A stretch of DNA of 64,000 nucleotides. It comes from an uncultured delta proteobacterium (GTDB lineage Bacteria > Desulfobacterota > Desulfobacteria > Desulfobacterales > UBA2156). The stretch is taken from positions 448,001 to 512,000 of the forward strand of contig CAVTQK010000021.1 of the NCBI GenBank assembly GCA_963736855.1, given 5' to 3'. Of the stretch, positions 10,129-20,866 are shown one piece after another. Below the pieces are notes generated by a model. That model was not told the origin of the DNA. It ran no database searches and was given only the letters and a program-made list of their open reading frames with translations. Position 1 is the first letter of the stretch, and each line of letters starts with the position of its first letter. The position numbers were made by a program, and so were the translations under genes.

Positions 10129-11949
10129 TCAGTTTTCAATGAATCCCTTGAGCCGGCGACTCCGGGTTGGGTGCCGAAGCTTTCGGAGCGCTTTAGCTTC
10201 AATCTGACGGATCCGTTCCCGGGTGACGGCAAAATCCTGGCCGACTTCTTCCAGTGTATGATCGGCTTTTTCACCGATCCCGAAGCGCATTCTGAGAACT
10301 TTTTCCTCCCGGGGCGTGAGTGTTGCCAGGACCTTTCGAGTATGTTCTGCCAGGTTCAAATTTACCGCCGCTTCTGAAGGAAGAAGAAACTTTTTATCTT
10401 CAATGAAATCGCCTAGGTGGCTGTCCTCTTCTTCCCCAATGGGCGTTTCCAACGAAATCGGCTCCCGTGCGATCTTGAGAACCTTGCGGACCTTGTCGAT
10501 GGGGATTTCCATTTTTTCGGCAATCTCTTCGGGTGTGGGCTCCCTCCCGAGTTCCTGTACAAGGTACCGGGAAGTTCGGATCAGCTTGTTGATGGTCTCG
10601 ATCATGTGGACCGGGATGCGTATGGTTCTGGCCTGATCCGCAATGGCCCGAGTGATGGCCTGACGGATCCACCATGTAGCGTAGGTAGAAAATTTGTATC
10701 CCCGACGGTATTCAAATTTGTCCACCGCTTTCATCAGGCCAATATTTCCTTCTTGAATTAAATCCAGGAACTGGAGGCCCCGGTTTGTGTATTTCTTCGC
10801 GATACTGACTACCAGTCTTAAATTGGCCCTGGTCAGCTCGCTTTTGGCCATTTTGACCTTTTGGTGTCCTTCTTCGACCTTAACAATGATACGCTTGAGC
10901 GCATGCATGTCAGCCCAATTGGTCCTTTCCCGCGCCTGGATTTTTTCAAGGAGCCCCCTGGTATCGACAAAAAACCGGGTCAGTTCGACGACTTTCAGCG
11001 ATGTGCGGCTCCTTGCCCATTTCAGGAATTCGGTTTTAGACCTGAACTTATCGCAAAGGCCGGTGATCGAAATGTTCATGGACGACGCTCGCTCGGACAG
11101 TTCATCATTTAAGGCCCTAAGTTCATCGATCTCTTTACGTATATCCTCTTCGATGCCCTCCATCACCGATCCTTCAAGACGCCAGTCCTTGAGAAAATCG
11201 AGAATCTTCAGGTTGCGACGATTGATATTTTTTCGAATCGCCCGTTTTTCGCTTTGGGGAAACAGGGGTGAAAAGAGCTGCTCCCTGAATTCCAGGTTCT
11301 CCTCATCAATTTTTCGAACCTCGTGGATGGTTTTCACGAACCCTTCGATTTTTACAGCCTCATCCACATAGGCATCGCCCTCATCAATGTCTCTGAGAAC
11401 GTGTTTGGGGCGGATTAGGCCGTTTTCGATTTGTTCTCCGAGGCCAAGAATTCGATCTACGCCGATCTGGGTTTCCAGTAGGCATCTCAATACTTCTTGC
11501 TCTCCCTGTTCTATTTTTTTAGCGATTTCCACTTCACCTTCACGGGTCAGGAGGGTAACCATTCCCATTTCCCGCAAGTACATCTTGACGGGATCTGTAA
11601 TCCCTCCCAGTTCCGAAGCGAATTCAGGATCGGGAATGCTTTTGCTTCTAACGTCCTGTAGATTATTTATCGATTTAGGCTCTTCTTTGTCCAGCACTTC
11701 GATGTCGAGATCGTTATGCATCACTTCCTGCTCTTCTGCTTGTTCCCGGGAAAAGCGGTTTTGCCTCAGCACTTTTTTTTCTTGTTCCGCGTTTAGGGAG
11801 CCTTTCTTTTGCCCCTTTACTAAAATTGGCCGAAACGATTTCGTGCCTGCGGAGGCCGCCTTAGTATCTTGGGTTCCGTTCATGGCCTGAGTTTCGGTTT
11901 TTTTCATTGTTTTCAATTTGTTTTTCCATTTATTCTGCTTTTTAGGCAT
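10129..11949 (-). CDS. rpoD: RNA polymerase primary sigma factor
   Basis: [63 protein letters not shown]. Confidence 0.98.
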   Translation of the reverse strand: MPKKQNKWKNKLKTMKKTETQAMNGTQDTKAASAGTKSFRPILVKGQKKGSLNAEQEKKVLRQNRFSREQAEEQEVMHNDLDIEVLDKEEPKSINNLQDVRSKSIPDPEFASELGGITDPVKMYLREMGMVTLLTREGEVEIAKKIEQGEQEVLRCLLETQIGVDRILGLGEQIENGLIRPKHVLRDIDEGDAYVDEAVKIEGFVKTIHEVRKIDEENLEFREQLFSPLFPQSEKRAIRKNINRRNLKILDFLKDWRLEGSVMEGIEEDIRKEIDELRALNDELSERASSMNISITGLCDKFRSKTEFLKWARSRTSLKVVELTRFFVDTRGLLEKIQARERTNWADMHALKRIIVKVEEGHQKVKMAKSELTRANLRLVVSIAKKYTNRGLQFLDLIQEGNIGLMKAVDKFEYRRGYKFSTYATWWIRQAITRAIADQARTIRIPVHMIETINKLIRTSRYLVQELGREPTPEEIAEKMEIPIDKVRKVLKIAREPISLETPIGEEEDSHLGDFIEDKKFLLPSEAAVNLNLAEHTRKVLATLTPREEKVLRMRFGIGEKADHTLEEVGQDFAVTRERIRQIEAKALRKLRHPTRSRRLKGFIEN

Positions 11950-11972
11950 AGCCGATGACCTCCCTTAAGGGA

Positions 11973-13766
11973 TTAATCCCGCTTTTGAATCATCCTCTGT
12001 TTTTCTTTCAAAAGGTTCGTCAGAAGGGCATGATCGTTCTCTTTTTGTGCGGCATGAATCCGTGCATTCAAGTCAGCCCTTTCGGGGCGGTGGCAATGGA
12101 ATTCAAATTGCCGGATCAGTTTCAAACATCCCTCAGTATTCCAGGAATCTTCTCCGGCAGCCAGGTGAACGATGCGTTTCCCCGTTTCCGGATCTTTGCC
12201 CATGGAAACAACCTCAGGAATCAATGCCTCGGGTGTGCCTGAATAGCTTAGAATCAGCTGACCGATATCCTTTAGGGCAGAGTCCGAAAATCGTTCCACG
12301 ATCCTGCGCGTTCGAATTTCGGGTATCATGACTGGATATTGTAGCATCATGGTGAGGATTTTCTTTTCGAAACGAACTGGCTGATCCGTTGAAAAGACAT
12401 TATCGGTGGGCCCACCTTGTTGAAAATCGTCTCCAAAGGTCTCCTTGGCTCCACTCTTATGCATTATGCGGAGCACTCTTTGAAAAAGCAAATTCTCTTC
12501 AATCCCAATCCCTTCGGCAGCGGCTTTCACGAATATAGACCGGTTGATCTCATCGTCAATGGAAGCCAGAGTGTTTTCCAGGTCGGATACAATGCGGCTT
12601 TTCCCTGAAGGGGTAAGTCCGTGCCGTATCTTTGCAGATTCGATTAAAAAGGACATGGCCGGCAATGATCGAGCCACCAGATCGGAAAACGTTTCCGGAC
12701 CTTTTTCTCGGACGAATACATCCGGGTCCTTCCCGTCTGGAAGCCTGACGATGCGAGCAGTCACGTTTTCACGGATAAGAATCGGAATAATCCGTTCGAC
12801 GGCTTTAATTCCCGCCACGTCCGGATCGAATACAAAGTAAAAAGTCTGGGCAAATCCTTTCAAGAGCCTGATGTGATCCGGCGTTACCCCGGTCCCCAGC
12901 GTGGCTACAGTATTCTCTATGCCATGCTGATGGAGCGCAATGACATCAAAATACCCCTCCACGATAATCACCGAATCGGACTCCCGGCACGCTTTCCTCG
13001 CTCGATCCAAGCCATACAGCGAACGGCCCTTCTGGAAGGTCGATGTTTCCGGTGAATTGAGGTATTTAGGAAGGGAATCGTCCAGGACACGCCCTCCGAA
13101 TCCGATCACCTGGCCTCCCAAATCCCGGATGGGGAAAAGAATCCGCTCCCTGAAGCGGTCGTAGCCTCCGCCTCCTTTTTTCCTGGGGATGACGAGACCC
13201 GATTTAAAAGCCGTATCCGCCGGGATGCGTTTCCGATTCAAATGCTCGGCAAAATGGTCCCATCCCTTGGGCGCATATCCGATCTGAAACGCTTCCAAAG
13301 TGGCATCGTTGATGCCTCGTTCATCGAGGTATACCCTTCCGACCTCCCCGTTTAATTCGTTCAAAAGGATCGTGTGGTAATACTCCATGGCCATTTGGTT
13401 GATTTCAAGGATGAGCTCTCGGTCGGTTCTGACATATTGCTGTCTGGACGAAGCCGTCCTTTCGGGCAGGGAAATACCATATCGCTTTGCCAAGGCAGTG
13501 GTTGCTTCAAAAAATGAGGTTCCTTGATATTTCATCAGAAAGGTGAGGATGTTGCCGCCCTCACCACAGCCGAAACAGTAAAAAATCTGCTTTTCGGGGC
13601 TGACTGTGAATGAAGGGGTTTTTTCAGCGTGAAACGGGCAGAGCCCGATGAAATTCCTCCCCGCCCTTTTCAGAATCACCACTTCGGAAATCACCTCAAC
13701 AATGTCGGATGCGCTTCTGATCTCCGAGATCTTCTCGTCTGGAATCCACCCGGTCAAGAAGGGCAC
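11973..13766 (-). CDS. dnaG: DNA primase
   Basis: CPFHAEKTPSF..CFGC zinc finger, KYLNSPET, TOPRIM VEGYFD..FDPDVAG. Confidence 0.97.
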   Translation of the reverse strand: MPFLTGWIPDEKISEIRSASDIVEVISEVVILKRAGRNFIGLCPFHAEKTPSFTVSPEKQIFYCFGCGEGGNILTFLMKYQGTSFFEATTALAKRYGISLPERTASSRQQYVRTDRELILEINQMAMEYYHTILLNELNGEVGRVYLDERGINDATLEAFQIGYAPKGWDHFAEHLNRKRIPADTAFKSGLVIPRKKGGGGYDRFRERILFPIRDLGGQVIGFGGRVLDDSLPKYLNSPETSTFQKGRSLYGLDRARKACRESDSVIIVEGYFDVIALHQHGIENTVATLGTGVTPDHIRLLKGFAQTFYFVFDPDVAGIKAVERIIPILIRENVTARIVRLPDGKDPDVFVREKGPETFSDLVARSLPAMSFLIESAKIRHGLTPSGKSRIVSDLENTLASIDDEINRSIFVKAAAEGIGIEENLLFQRVLRIMHKSGAKETFGDDFQQGGPTDNVFSTDQPVRFEKKILTMMLQYPVMIPEIRTRRIVERFSDSALKDIGQLILSYSGTPEALIPEVVSMGKDPETGKRIVHLAAGEDSWNTEGCLKLIRQFEFHCHRPERADLNARIHAAQKENDHALLTNLLKEKQRMIQKRD

Positions 13767-13908
13767 CCTCCACGATTTTGCAAGGGTATTGACGGTTATG
13801 GGAAGGACCTGTCAGGATTGACTGAATACGACCGCTCGTTTTTATCATCAGTAAGAGGCAATCGAACGGATAATGACCATACTTTATGATTTGATTTCAA
13901 ACCTTTTT

Positions 13909-13937
13909 AATATAAACGCTCAATAATTATTTGTCAA
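13909..13937 (-). promoter_or_regulatory. sigma70-type promoter for dnaG-rpoD
   Basis: Minus strand TTGACA-17 bp-TATATT in an AT-rich intergenic stretch ~140 bp upstream of dnaG. Confidence 0.65.
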
Positions 13938-14007
13938 TAGTTTTTTATCATGCTCCTTTCTTTTTTAACGGGTCATCTGGAAATAAATCGATTGTAAGAG
14001 GTTATTT

Positions 14008-14748
14008 TTATCGTGAAACACGACTGGCGATTTGGATCGCCTCTTTCAGGTCAAAGCGATTACTATAGAGCGCCTTGCCGGTAATAACACCCACCACGCC
14101 GACTGCTTCAAGGGGAAGAAGGTTTCGAATGTCATCCAAGGATGAAACGCCGCCCGAAGCGATGACCGGGGTTGATACGGCTGATGCAAAATTACTCGTG
14201 GCTTCGATATTGGGTCCGGTTTGCATGCCATCTCGAAGGATGTCGGTAAAGATAATCGCGGCCAGTTCCAACCCTTCGAATCGCTTGGCTAGATCCGCCG
14301 CCCGCATTCGGGTGGTCTGGGTCCATCCGTCCACTGCAACCCATCCTTCTCTGGCGTCGATTCCCACGGCTATTCTATTCGGATATTTCGCCGCTGCTCG
14401 TTCGACTATTTCCGGATCAGAAAGTGCCGTCGTTCCGATGATGACCCGCTCAACTCCCATGTCCAGGAACTTCTGAATACTTTCCGCGCCCCGGATCCCT
14501 CCTCCCACCTGGATCGGGGTGTTGACTTTTTCGATGATGCGTCGAATAGTGGAATGATTGACGGGACGCTTTTCAAAAGCGCCATCCAAATCCACGACAT
14601 GGAGGATCTCAGCTCCTTTTTCAGCCCATCTTTCAGCCATTTGCACCGGATCGTCTGAAAAGACCGTTTCATGTTCCCGACGACCCTGTTTGAGTCGGAC
14701 ACACTTGCCCCCTCGAATATCGATTGCTGGAATCACGATCATATTCAT
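14008..14748 (-). CDS. hisA: ProFAR isomerase
   Basis: IPAIDIRGGKCVRL, HVVDLDGA, QVGGGIR, TDILRDG, IASGGV. Start at MNMIV (14748) or MIV (14742). Confidence 0.96.
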   Translation of the reverse strand: MNMIVIPAIDIRGGKCVRLKQGRREHETVFSDDPVQMAERWAEKGAEILHVVDLDGAFEKRPVNHSTIRRIIEKVNTPIQVGGGIRGAESIQKFLDMGVERVIIGTTALSDPEIVERAAAKYPNRIAVGIDAREGWVAVDGWTQTTRMRAADLAKRFEGLELAAIIFTDILRDGMQTGPNIEATSNFASAVSTPVIASGGVSSLDDIRNLLPLEAVGVVGVITGKALYSNRFDLKEAIQIASRVSR

Positions 14749-14776
14749 GAAATTCCATGGGCTTGCGGCGAAACGG

Positions 14777-15364
14777 TTACAAGAGCCCCTTGGTGGAACG
14801 GACTTGGCGGATGCGTTCATCCAGCGACGTTGCCCTGCCGAGAGCCCGTCCCGCCCCTTTGAAGATGGATTCGATGATGTGGTGATGATTTTCGCCATAT
14901 GGAACATGAATATGGAGATTCATTCCTCCCCGAGTGGCCAACGCCCGAAAAAATTCCTTGGCCAGGGAGAGGTCGAATCCGCTTGTCCCCGCTACGGTTA
15001 CATCAACTTTGAAGACCAGAAACGGACGGTTGGAGAGGTCCATCGTCACCGCACTCAGGGCTTCGTCCATCGGTGTGACGGCATGTCCGAATCGACGAAT
15101 CCCTTTTCGGTCCGCCAGGGACTCCCGAAGCGCATCTCCGAGCACAAGCCCCACATCTTCGACGGTGTGATGGAAATCCACTTCGATGTCCCCCGATGCC
15201 TTAATGGAAAGATCGAAAAAGCCATGAACCGTAAACAGGGAAAGCATATGATTGAAAAACGGGATGGGAGTATCGATATGGGCTTTGCCGCTTCCATCCA
15301 GATCCAATCTGACCTGGATCTGGGTTTCTCCGGTTTTGCGACTGATGTCGGCGGATCGTTTCAT
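14777..15364 (-). CDS. hisB: imidazoleglycerol-phosphate dehydratase
   Basis: RKTGETQI, FFNHML, DFHHTVED, PMDEAL, ENHHHIIES, STKG. Confidence 0.97.
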   Translation of the reverse strand: MKRSADISRKTGETQIQVRLDLDGSGKAHIDTPIPFFNHMLSLFTVHGFFDLSIKASGDIEVDFHHTVEDVGLVLGDALRESLADRKGIRRFGHAVTPMDEALSAVTMDLSNRPFLVFKVDVTVAGTSGFDLSLAKEFFRALATRGGMNLHIHVPYGENHHHIIESIFKGAGRALGRATSLDERIRQVRSTKGLL

Positions 15365-15437
15365 TTTTCAGGCTTCTTGCAACGGTGATGCGCATTCAGG
15401 CATTTGGCCACCATATGATACATTCTAAACAAAAAAG

Positions 15438-15510
15438 TGGAGATGAGGGGGATCGAACCCCTGACCTCGGCATTGCGAACGCCGCGCTCTCCCAGCTGAG
15501 CTACATCCCC
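15438..15510 (-). tRNA. tRNA-Ala(CGC)
   Basis: GGGGATGTAGCTCAGCTGGGAGAGCGCGGCGTTCGCAATGCCGAGGTCAGGGGTTCGATCCCCCTCATCTCCA; anticodon CGC, G3:U70 pair. Confidence 0.95.
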
Positions 15511-15659
15511 ATTCAGGCTGGCTTGTATAACATGCGGTTCCAAGCGGGTCAACGAAAAAAAGCCTTGTATTGCATACCGTGAAAATATAATACCATCCGG
15601 ACACGGCTTCCATCATCCAATGGAAATATGGGCAGCACATCTTTTTCAGGAAATTTTCC

Positions 15660-17417
15660 ATGCAGTTACGAAACCGCTTTCTCAAAGACGCTATCAAGGG
15701 ATTTACGTTAGACCAGGATAAATTGTTGCCTCCCCAAGAAACGGTCCGGCACGTCAAAGAAAAAATGAAGGCCATCGGATTGAAAATCCTCGAGAAAACG
15801 GCACGGATCGATAACGGCCGGCTGGGAATCCCCGTCTTTTTCAGCATCTGTGGTCATGACGCCGAAGCCGTGACCGGAACCCGAAAACAAATGGGAAAAG
15901 GTGCCACCCCGGAGCAGGCCGAGGCCAGTGCGGTAATGGAGCTGGTGGAACGGTTCAGCTTCTTCAGTTTCATGAAAAACGAGGCCAACTTTTCAGTTCA
16001 AAGTCTTTCCACCCTTAAAAAAGAAGCTATCCCGTTTTCTCTGATCGCAAAGAGTGTTCACGATGAAAGCGACGAACTTGAAATCGGACTCCGCTTATTT
16101 GAATCCCTCCCCTTAAAATGGACAAGCGCTTACAATCTCACCCGGGGAGAAACCTGCCAGGTCCCTTTCGATTGGTTCTATGCCATCAATGCGTTCAACG
16201 GTCCTTCAGCCGGAAACTGTGCGGAAGAAGCCATCTGCCAGGGCATCTGTGAGGTGGTGGAACGCCATGTCTCGGCATTGGTGAGCCGAGACGCCACGCC
16301 GGTGCCGATACTGTCGACGAAAAGCGTCACGGATCCGACTGTCCTGGAGATGCTGGCAAAGTATGACCGGATCGGTGTGAAACTTTTTATTTCCGATTTT
16401 ACCCTCGACATGGGAATTCCTACCATAGGGGTTTTGGCCATGGATCCGGAGACATTTCCGGAAAAAAGCGAGATTGTCTGGACAGCCGGCACCACGCCGA
16501 ACCCTCAGAAGGCTCTGAGCCGGGCGCTTACCGAAGTGGCCCAGCTAGCCGGCGATTTCAACACATCGTCCAACTATGTGGCCAGCGGTCTCCCTAAACC
16601 CAGAAGCCTCGAAGAAATCCCGTTTATCACTCACGCACCGGCCATATTGGAGGTTTCTCAGCTGCCGGACCTTTCGGACACAAACCTTAAAGTCGAGGTG
16701 ATGCGATGTGTTGAGGCCCTGTCGCAAAAACAGATGGACGTGCTCGTCATCGACACTACCCACACGTTGTTGAAGATTCCCGCTTTTTACACGATCATCC
16801 CCGGCGCCCACTTCAGGGAACGGGCTGTTGGAGGCAGCGTGGGGATGTTCTGCGCCAAGCTTTTGACCGAAAACCTCCCCCCTGGGCAGGCAATCATTGA
16901 GCTGAACCGGATGGCCGAAAAACTTCCTCTAAAGCATTACATCCAATTCTACCTGGGATCCTGTCACCTGACTTTGAATGATCCGGAAAGGGCGTTAACC
17001 CACTTTCGACGCGCCCTCGACCTGGCCCCTGACGCTGAGGACTTATGCAGTATTTATGCCTTTATGGGGGTCTGCCTCAAAGATTTAGGTCGATATCGGG
17101 AAGCCATCGGCGCCCTTCAGGAAGGGATAGGCCATGATACCGAACGAACGGATCTGCACAATCTTTTGGGATTTTGCCACTTCAAACTTAAGGAGCATGA
17201 AACGGCGATCCGGCATTTCAAAGAGGTAATAAGACTGGATCCCACATCGGCCATCGATTATGCGAATATAGCGTCCAACTACTTGGAGATGAAAGAAAAA
17301 AAGAAAGCCATCCGATATTATGAAATGGCATTGGAGTTGGATCCGAGCATCGAATTTGCCCGGGCAAATCTCAAACGACTCAAGGCGGAACCGGTTTCAT
17401 CGGCAACGCCAAAATGA
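15660..17417 (+). CDS. YcaO-family ATP-dependent enzyme with C-terminal TPR repeats
   Basis: GKGATPEQAEASAVMELVER, NGPSAGN..EVVERH, RALTEVAQ. Last ~150 aa are TPR-like (LGSCHL, MGVCLKDLGRY, LGFCHF, NIASNY). Confidence 0.85.
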   Translation: MQLRNRFLKDAIKGFTLDQDKLLPPQETVRHVKEKMKAIGLKILEKTARIDNGRLGIPVFFSICGHDAEAVTGTRKQMGKGATPEQAEASAVMELVERFSFFSFMKNEANFSVQSLSTLKKEAIPFSLIAKSVHDESDELEIGLRLFESLPLKWTSAYNLTRGETCQVPFDWFYAINAFNGPSAGNCAEEAICQGICEVVERHVSALVSRDATPVPILSTKSVTDPTVLEMLAKYDRIGVKLFISDFTLDMGIPTIGVLAMDPETFPEKSEIVWTAGTTPNPQKALSRALTEVAQLAGDFNTSSNYVASGLPKPRSLEEIPFITHAPAILEVSQLPDLSDTNLKVEVMRCVEALSQKQMDVLVIDTTHTLLKIPAFYTIIPGAHFRERAVGGSVGMFCAKLLTENLPPGQAIIELNRMAEKLPLKHYIQFYLGSCHLTLNDPERALTHFRRALDLAPDAEDLCSIYAFMGVCLKDLGRYREAIGALQEGIGHDTERTDLHNLLGFCHFKLKEHETAIRHFKEVIRLDPTSAIDYANIASNYLEMKEKKKAIRYYEMALELDPSIEFARANLKRLKAEPVSSATPK

Positions 17418-17438
17418 GGAGTAAATCTCCGTTTCCCG

Positions 17439-18230
17439 TCAGGTCTTTTTTTCCAAGAGCTCTTGCGCCAATTGCATGAAATCGATGGAGCCGAAGCTGC
17501 CTTTACGATAAAAAAGGACAGGCTTGCCAGAAAGAGCGCTGTCTGCGATAGTGGTGTTGACCCTGATTTGTGAATTGAAAAGCAGGGGGCCGTATCGGGG
17601 ATCCTCTTTCAATTTCTCCACGATGCGGTGGCTGACCCGGGTCCGGGCATCGAAAAAAGTCGCCACGATTCCAGTAATCGAAAGTTCCGGGTTGATCTCC
17701 TGCCCAATGGCTGAAACCGTGTCGAAAAGCTCCTCTAGAGCCTCATAGGAATACGGATGAGTCTGGCAGGGAACCAGGATTTCCCGAGCGCATGCGAACA
17801 CATTAACTGTCAAAAGGGAAAGGCTCGGAGGCGTATCGATGAGAATGAAATCGTAGGATTCCGTCAGGCCTTCCAGGGCCTCTTTCAATCGGTATTCCCG
17901 CCCTTTGATATCCACCAGTTCCACTTCGGCACCGGCAAGATCCACTGTGGAAGGGATTAAATCCAGTCGATCCCATCGGGTTTTTATAGCCCGCTCCCGT
18001 GTTGAGCGGATCGCCGGATCCTTCATGAGGTCGTAGACCGTGGTCATCCCTTCCGGGATGCTCACCCCCAAACCTCGAGTGGCGTTGGCCTGGGGATCGG
18101 CATCCACAACGAGGATCCTTTTTCCTTTCAAGGAAAGTGCGGCACCCAGGTTAATGGTCATCACCGTCTTTCCCACACCTCCTTTTTCATTTGCGATGGC
18201 AATCGTCCGGCAATCGTGAGTACCTACCAT
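17439..18230 (-). CDS. ParA/Soj-family ATPase (orphan, no parB adjacent)
   Basis: NEKGGVGKT, DADPQANAT, DLAGAEVEL, IDTPPSLSLLT. Confidence 0.9.
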   Translation of the reverse strand: MVGTHDCRTIAIANEKGGVGKTVMTINLGAALSLKGKRILVVDADPQANATRGLGVSIPEGMTTVYDLMKDPAIRSTRERAIKTRWDRLDLIPSTVDLAGAEVELVDIKGREYRLKEALEGLTESYDFILIDTPPSLSLLTVNVFACAREILVPCQTHPYSYEALEELFDTVSAIGQEINPELSITGIVATFFDARTRVSHRIVEKLKEDPRYGPLLFNSQIRVNTTIADSALSGKPVLFYRKGSFGSIDFMQLAQELLEKKT

Positions 18231-18241
18231 GCGCCCTCCTT

Positions 18242-20488
18242 TTATTGAGTGATTCCCTCTATCCTCTCTCGTATCTGCAGTATCCGCTCCTGGATTTCAA
18301 GTGCTATCGCTTTTGACGATTGAATGGTTTCCAGTGCTTGCGTTCCCTCGAGCCTTCTTCCATCCGCGGTCCGACCCAAAAGGATCAGAGTGGAAGCATA
18401 GTCTTGTAAGCGCTGAATCAACGTATTCAATAGATAACGGGACGCCGCTTCCGAAAGCTTGAAGATATATTGAAACTTAATGTTTTCACGATAGTCTTTA
18501 AAGTGAAGGGAAATGGATTTTTCCGTCTCCTGCTTCATGCGCAGCACTCCTTTTTGCAGGGACTGAATCCCTTTGGCACGTTCGGCGGGTGCCGCCTTTT
18601 TTAACAATTTCATGACCCATCCGGTGAAGGAAAAAAAGCCGAAATGCAAGAATGCATCGGAGCGGATCTTGGCAGAGTAGCGCAAAGCCAGTTCATTTAC
18701 GGGCAATCGAATCCCGGCGCCCCCCCGGATCCAGTCCATATCCACCTTCACAGGCGCTGATGGCGGCTCCACGGACGAAGGGATGCCCAGAGTCCCCATG
18801 CTCCGATTGTATTCTTCCAGTGCGTCGCGGACCATGGCCTCAAAAGGAGCCGACATGCCTGTAAAATGACCGACTATCTTTGCCTCGGCATCCTTGAGAA
18901 AGCGGATTACCTCAGGGTTGATGGTTTCGGCGATAAACACATCCAGACTTTCTTTAAAATCCGAAAATACTTGATAAAGGGCTTGAGAAAAACCGCTTTT
19001 TTCCATTAGGCTTCGATAGCGATCATAAGACGGCTCCCATTCCCGGATGAACCTCATGATCCGGCTGCCGATCCCCGATGGACCGGTATCGAAAAACCGG
19101 TCGATATCCGATCTCAATTCACCTTTCAATTTTAAAACCGCGCCGTCCAGGGTGGTTTGAATCACGGACTTGACCTGTTCCGCGCGTTCTTGATGTTTCT
19201 CAAGTTTTTCAATAATCTGTCGGACATCGGAAGCACCCTGGGTGGTCCCTTTTTCCATGATCCGAATCCATCGATAAATTCCGGAAGATAATATCCAGAG
19301 CCGTTCCACATGATTTTTCAAAAGGAGTCGCGACCGATCCCCATAAATCAGTTTAAAAAGCTCGGATTCGAATCGTCGGGTTTGGTCGTTGGAAAACGAG
19401 AGCGGTCCTTCATCCTTTTCCCATTGCAGCATCCGGCTGCGGTCTTTTTCCGAAAGGCCGTCCTTGTCCGATGAAAAAAGGTTGAACAGAGCGGAGAAGA
19501 CAAAAAGACTTGGATCCGGCCGGATAAACGCAACATCTTTCCGGATTTTTTCCGCAACTTCCATTAGGTTTTCAATGGAATCGTGCTCATTGAAATCACA
19601 ATTGGCCACAAAAAGGGCATTGTCGAGTATCCCCATCTTTTTGATCATGGAAAGAAATTTGATGTCCGCCTGGCGGATTCCGGTCCTGCTGCTGATGACG
19701 TAAATGATCAGATGGGTCGATGCGAGATAATCTTGGATCATGGCCAGATGGAGTGGATTCGGGGCGTCGCTGCCCTGGCAATCGGCGATCTCGATATGGC
19801 TTTCAAAACGATCGGCGGGGATCTCCAACATCACATCCTTTAAATAAACTGCAAGAGACTCGTCACCGACAAACAGCCGGTGCTTTTCGAAATCCGCATT
19901 CGTGAATTCCCGAATGGTCATGGGAGATGATAGGAGATCGTAAACCCGATCGTAGCCTTTGAGGTAAGAAGCAAGAACAACACTGTGAATATTGCGGGTC
20001 TCCGTCGTTACAAGCTGCTCCGAGTCCAGGGACTCCAGGGCTTTTTTCAAACCGGCCCGGATCTCTTTTTGTCGGATATCAAAGGCTTCCCGATCTGGAA
20101 ATCCGTCCTGTCGAGGAAAAAGGATCAGGGCCTGTCGGGCGTCATCATTCACTTCGTCCCAGGTTTTGAAATGGAGCCTTGCGCGCAGGCGCTTCCCTGA
20201 CCGGATTCGCGTCACGATGGAAGTGACCACTCCGGCTCCTCGCTTGAGGTAGTCTCCCTTGAAAAGGGCGTTGACAAGAGTGCTTTTCCCGGATTTGATG
20301 GCGCCGACGACGGCAACACGAACCGTCTCCTCGACCAGCTGCTTTTGAACGGCGGTGCAAACGGATTCCCATTCCTCAAATGCGTCGTCGGCAACATGTG
20401 GGAGCAACTTAAGACGATTGAGCAGGTGGATGAGTCCCTGATCGGCATCCAGAAGCTCGTTGCGCATTTCACTATGGGTTTGCCTCAT
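18242..20488 (-). CDS. bacterial dynamin-like GTPase
   Basis: AVVGAIKSGKSTLVNAL, VVTSIVT, ADCQG (G3), followed by a long helical C-terminus with a hydrophobic paddle-like segment. Confidence 0.8.
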   Translation of the reverse strand: MRQTHSEMRNELLDADQGLIHLLNRLKLLPHVADDAFEEWESVCTAVQKQLVEETVRVAVVGAIKSGKSTLVNALFKGDYLKRGAGVVTSIVTRIRSGKRLRARLHFKTWDEVNDDARQALILFPRQDGFPDREAFDIRQKEIRAGLKKALESLDSEQLVTTETRNIHSVVLASYLKGYDRVYDLLSSPMTIREFTNADFEKHRLFVGDESLAVYLKDVMLEIPADRFESHIEIADCQGSDAPNPLHLAMIQDYLASTHLIIYVISSRTGIRQADIKFLSMIKKMGILDNALFVANCDFNEHDSIENLMEVAEKIRKDVAFIRPDPSLFVFSALFNLFSSDKDGLSEKDRSRMLQWEKDEGPLSFSNDQTRRFESELFKLIYGDRSRLLLKNHVERLWILSSGIYRWIRIMEKGTTQGASDVRQIIEKLEKHQERAEQVKSVIQTTLDGAVLKLKGELRSDIDRFFDTGPSGIGSRIMRFIREWEPSYDRYRSLMEKSGFSQALYQVFSDFKESLDVFIAETINPEVIRFLKDAEAKIVGHFTGMSAPFEAMVRDALEEYNRSMGTLGIPSSVEPPSAPVKVDMDWIRGGAGIRLPVNELALRYSAKIRSDAFLHFGFFSFTGWVMKLLKKAAPAERAKGIQSLQKGVLRMKQETEKSISLHFKDYRENIKFQYIFKLSEAASRYLLNTLIQRLQDYASTLILLGRTADGRRLEGTQALETIQSSKAIALEIQERILQIRERIEGITQ

Positions 20489-20682
20489 GGCGCGTCAACA
20501 TGGCCTTTCCAGGAAAGATTTAAAAGGTGTTCAAAAAAGATCCACCGGGGCTTGTCGAAAAGGATCCACTTGAGGGCGGCCGACAGGGGGGCTTGCCAAA
20601 TAAAGCGATCCGTGGTAAAAGGATATTTATACAACAGATAATGATGCCATATGCGAACAAATAGTGAAGGGAACCATGGTCC

Positions 20683-20850
20683 ATGTCTGAAAAGCATCCC
20701 GAATGTCCGCTTTATAATCCTTTAAATTGTAAAGAATATTACAATCCCAAGCTGTGCGCTTTTGTTAGAAAAGACAGGGTCTGCTTAAAGAAAAGAAAGC
20801 CCAAACAAAAGCCGAAACCCCAAGCACAGCAATTGGCTGATGGTTCATAA
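20683..20850 (+). CDS. small Cys-rich, Lys-rich protein (55 aa; not in ORF track)
   Basis: Translated by hand: MSEKHPECPLYNPLNCKEYYNPKLCAFVRKDRVCLKKRKPKQKPKPQAQQLADGS*. Fills the gap between dynamin and yqgE; purine-rich GAAGGGAA upstream. Confidence 0.65.
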   Translation: MSEKHPECPLYNPLNCKEYYNPKLCAFVRKDRVCLKKRKPKQKPKPQAQQLADGS

Positions 20851-20866
20851 CCTCTTCTTTTGTGTT

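Noticed and set aside
11973..15364. hisB-hisA without hisH/hisF, and dnaG-rpoD without rpsU
   Set aside because: Operon fragmentation is common; the missing genes are probably elsewhere in the genome.
15438..15510. tRNA genes as prophage or island integration sites
   Set aside because: No integrase or duplicated tRNA 3' end seen near either tRNA.
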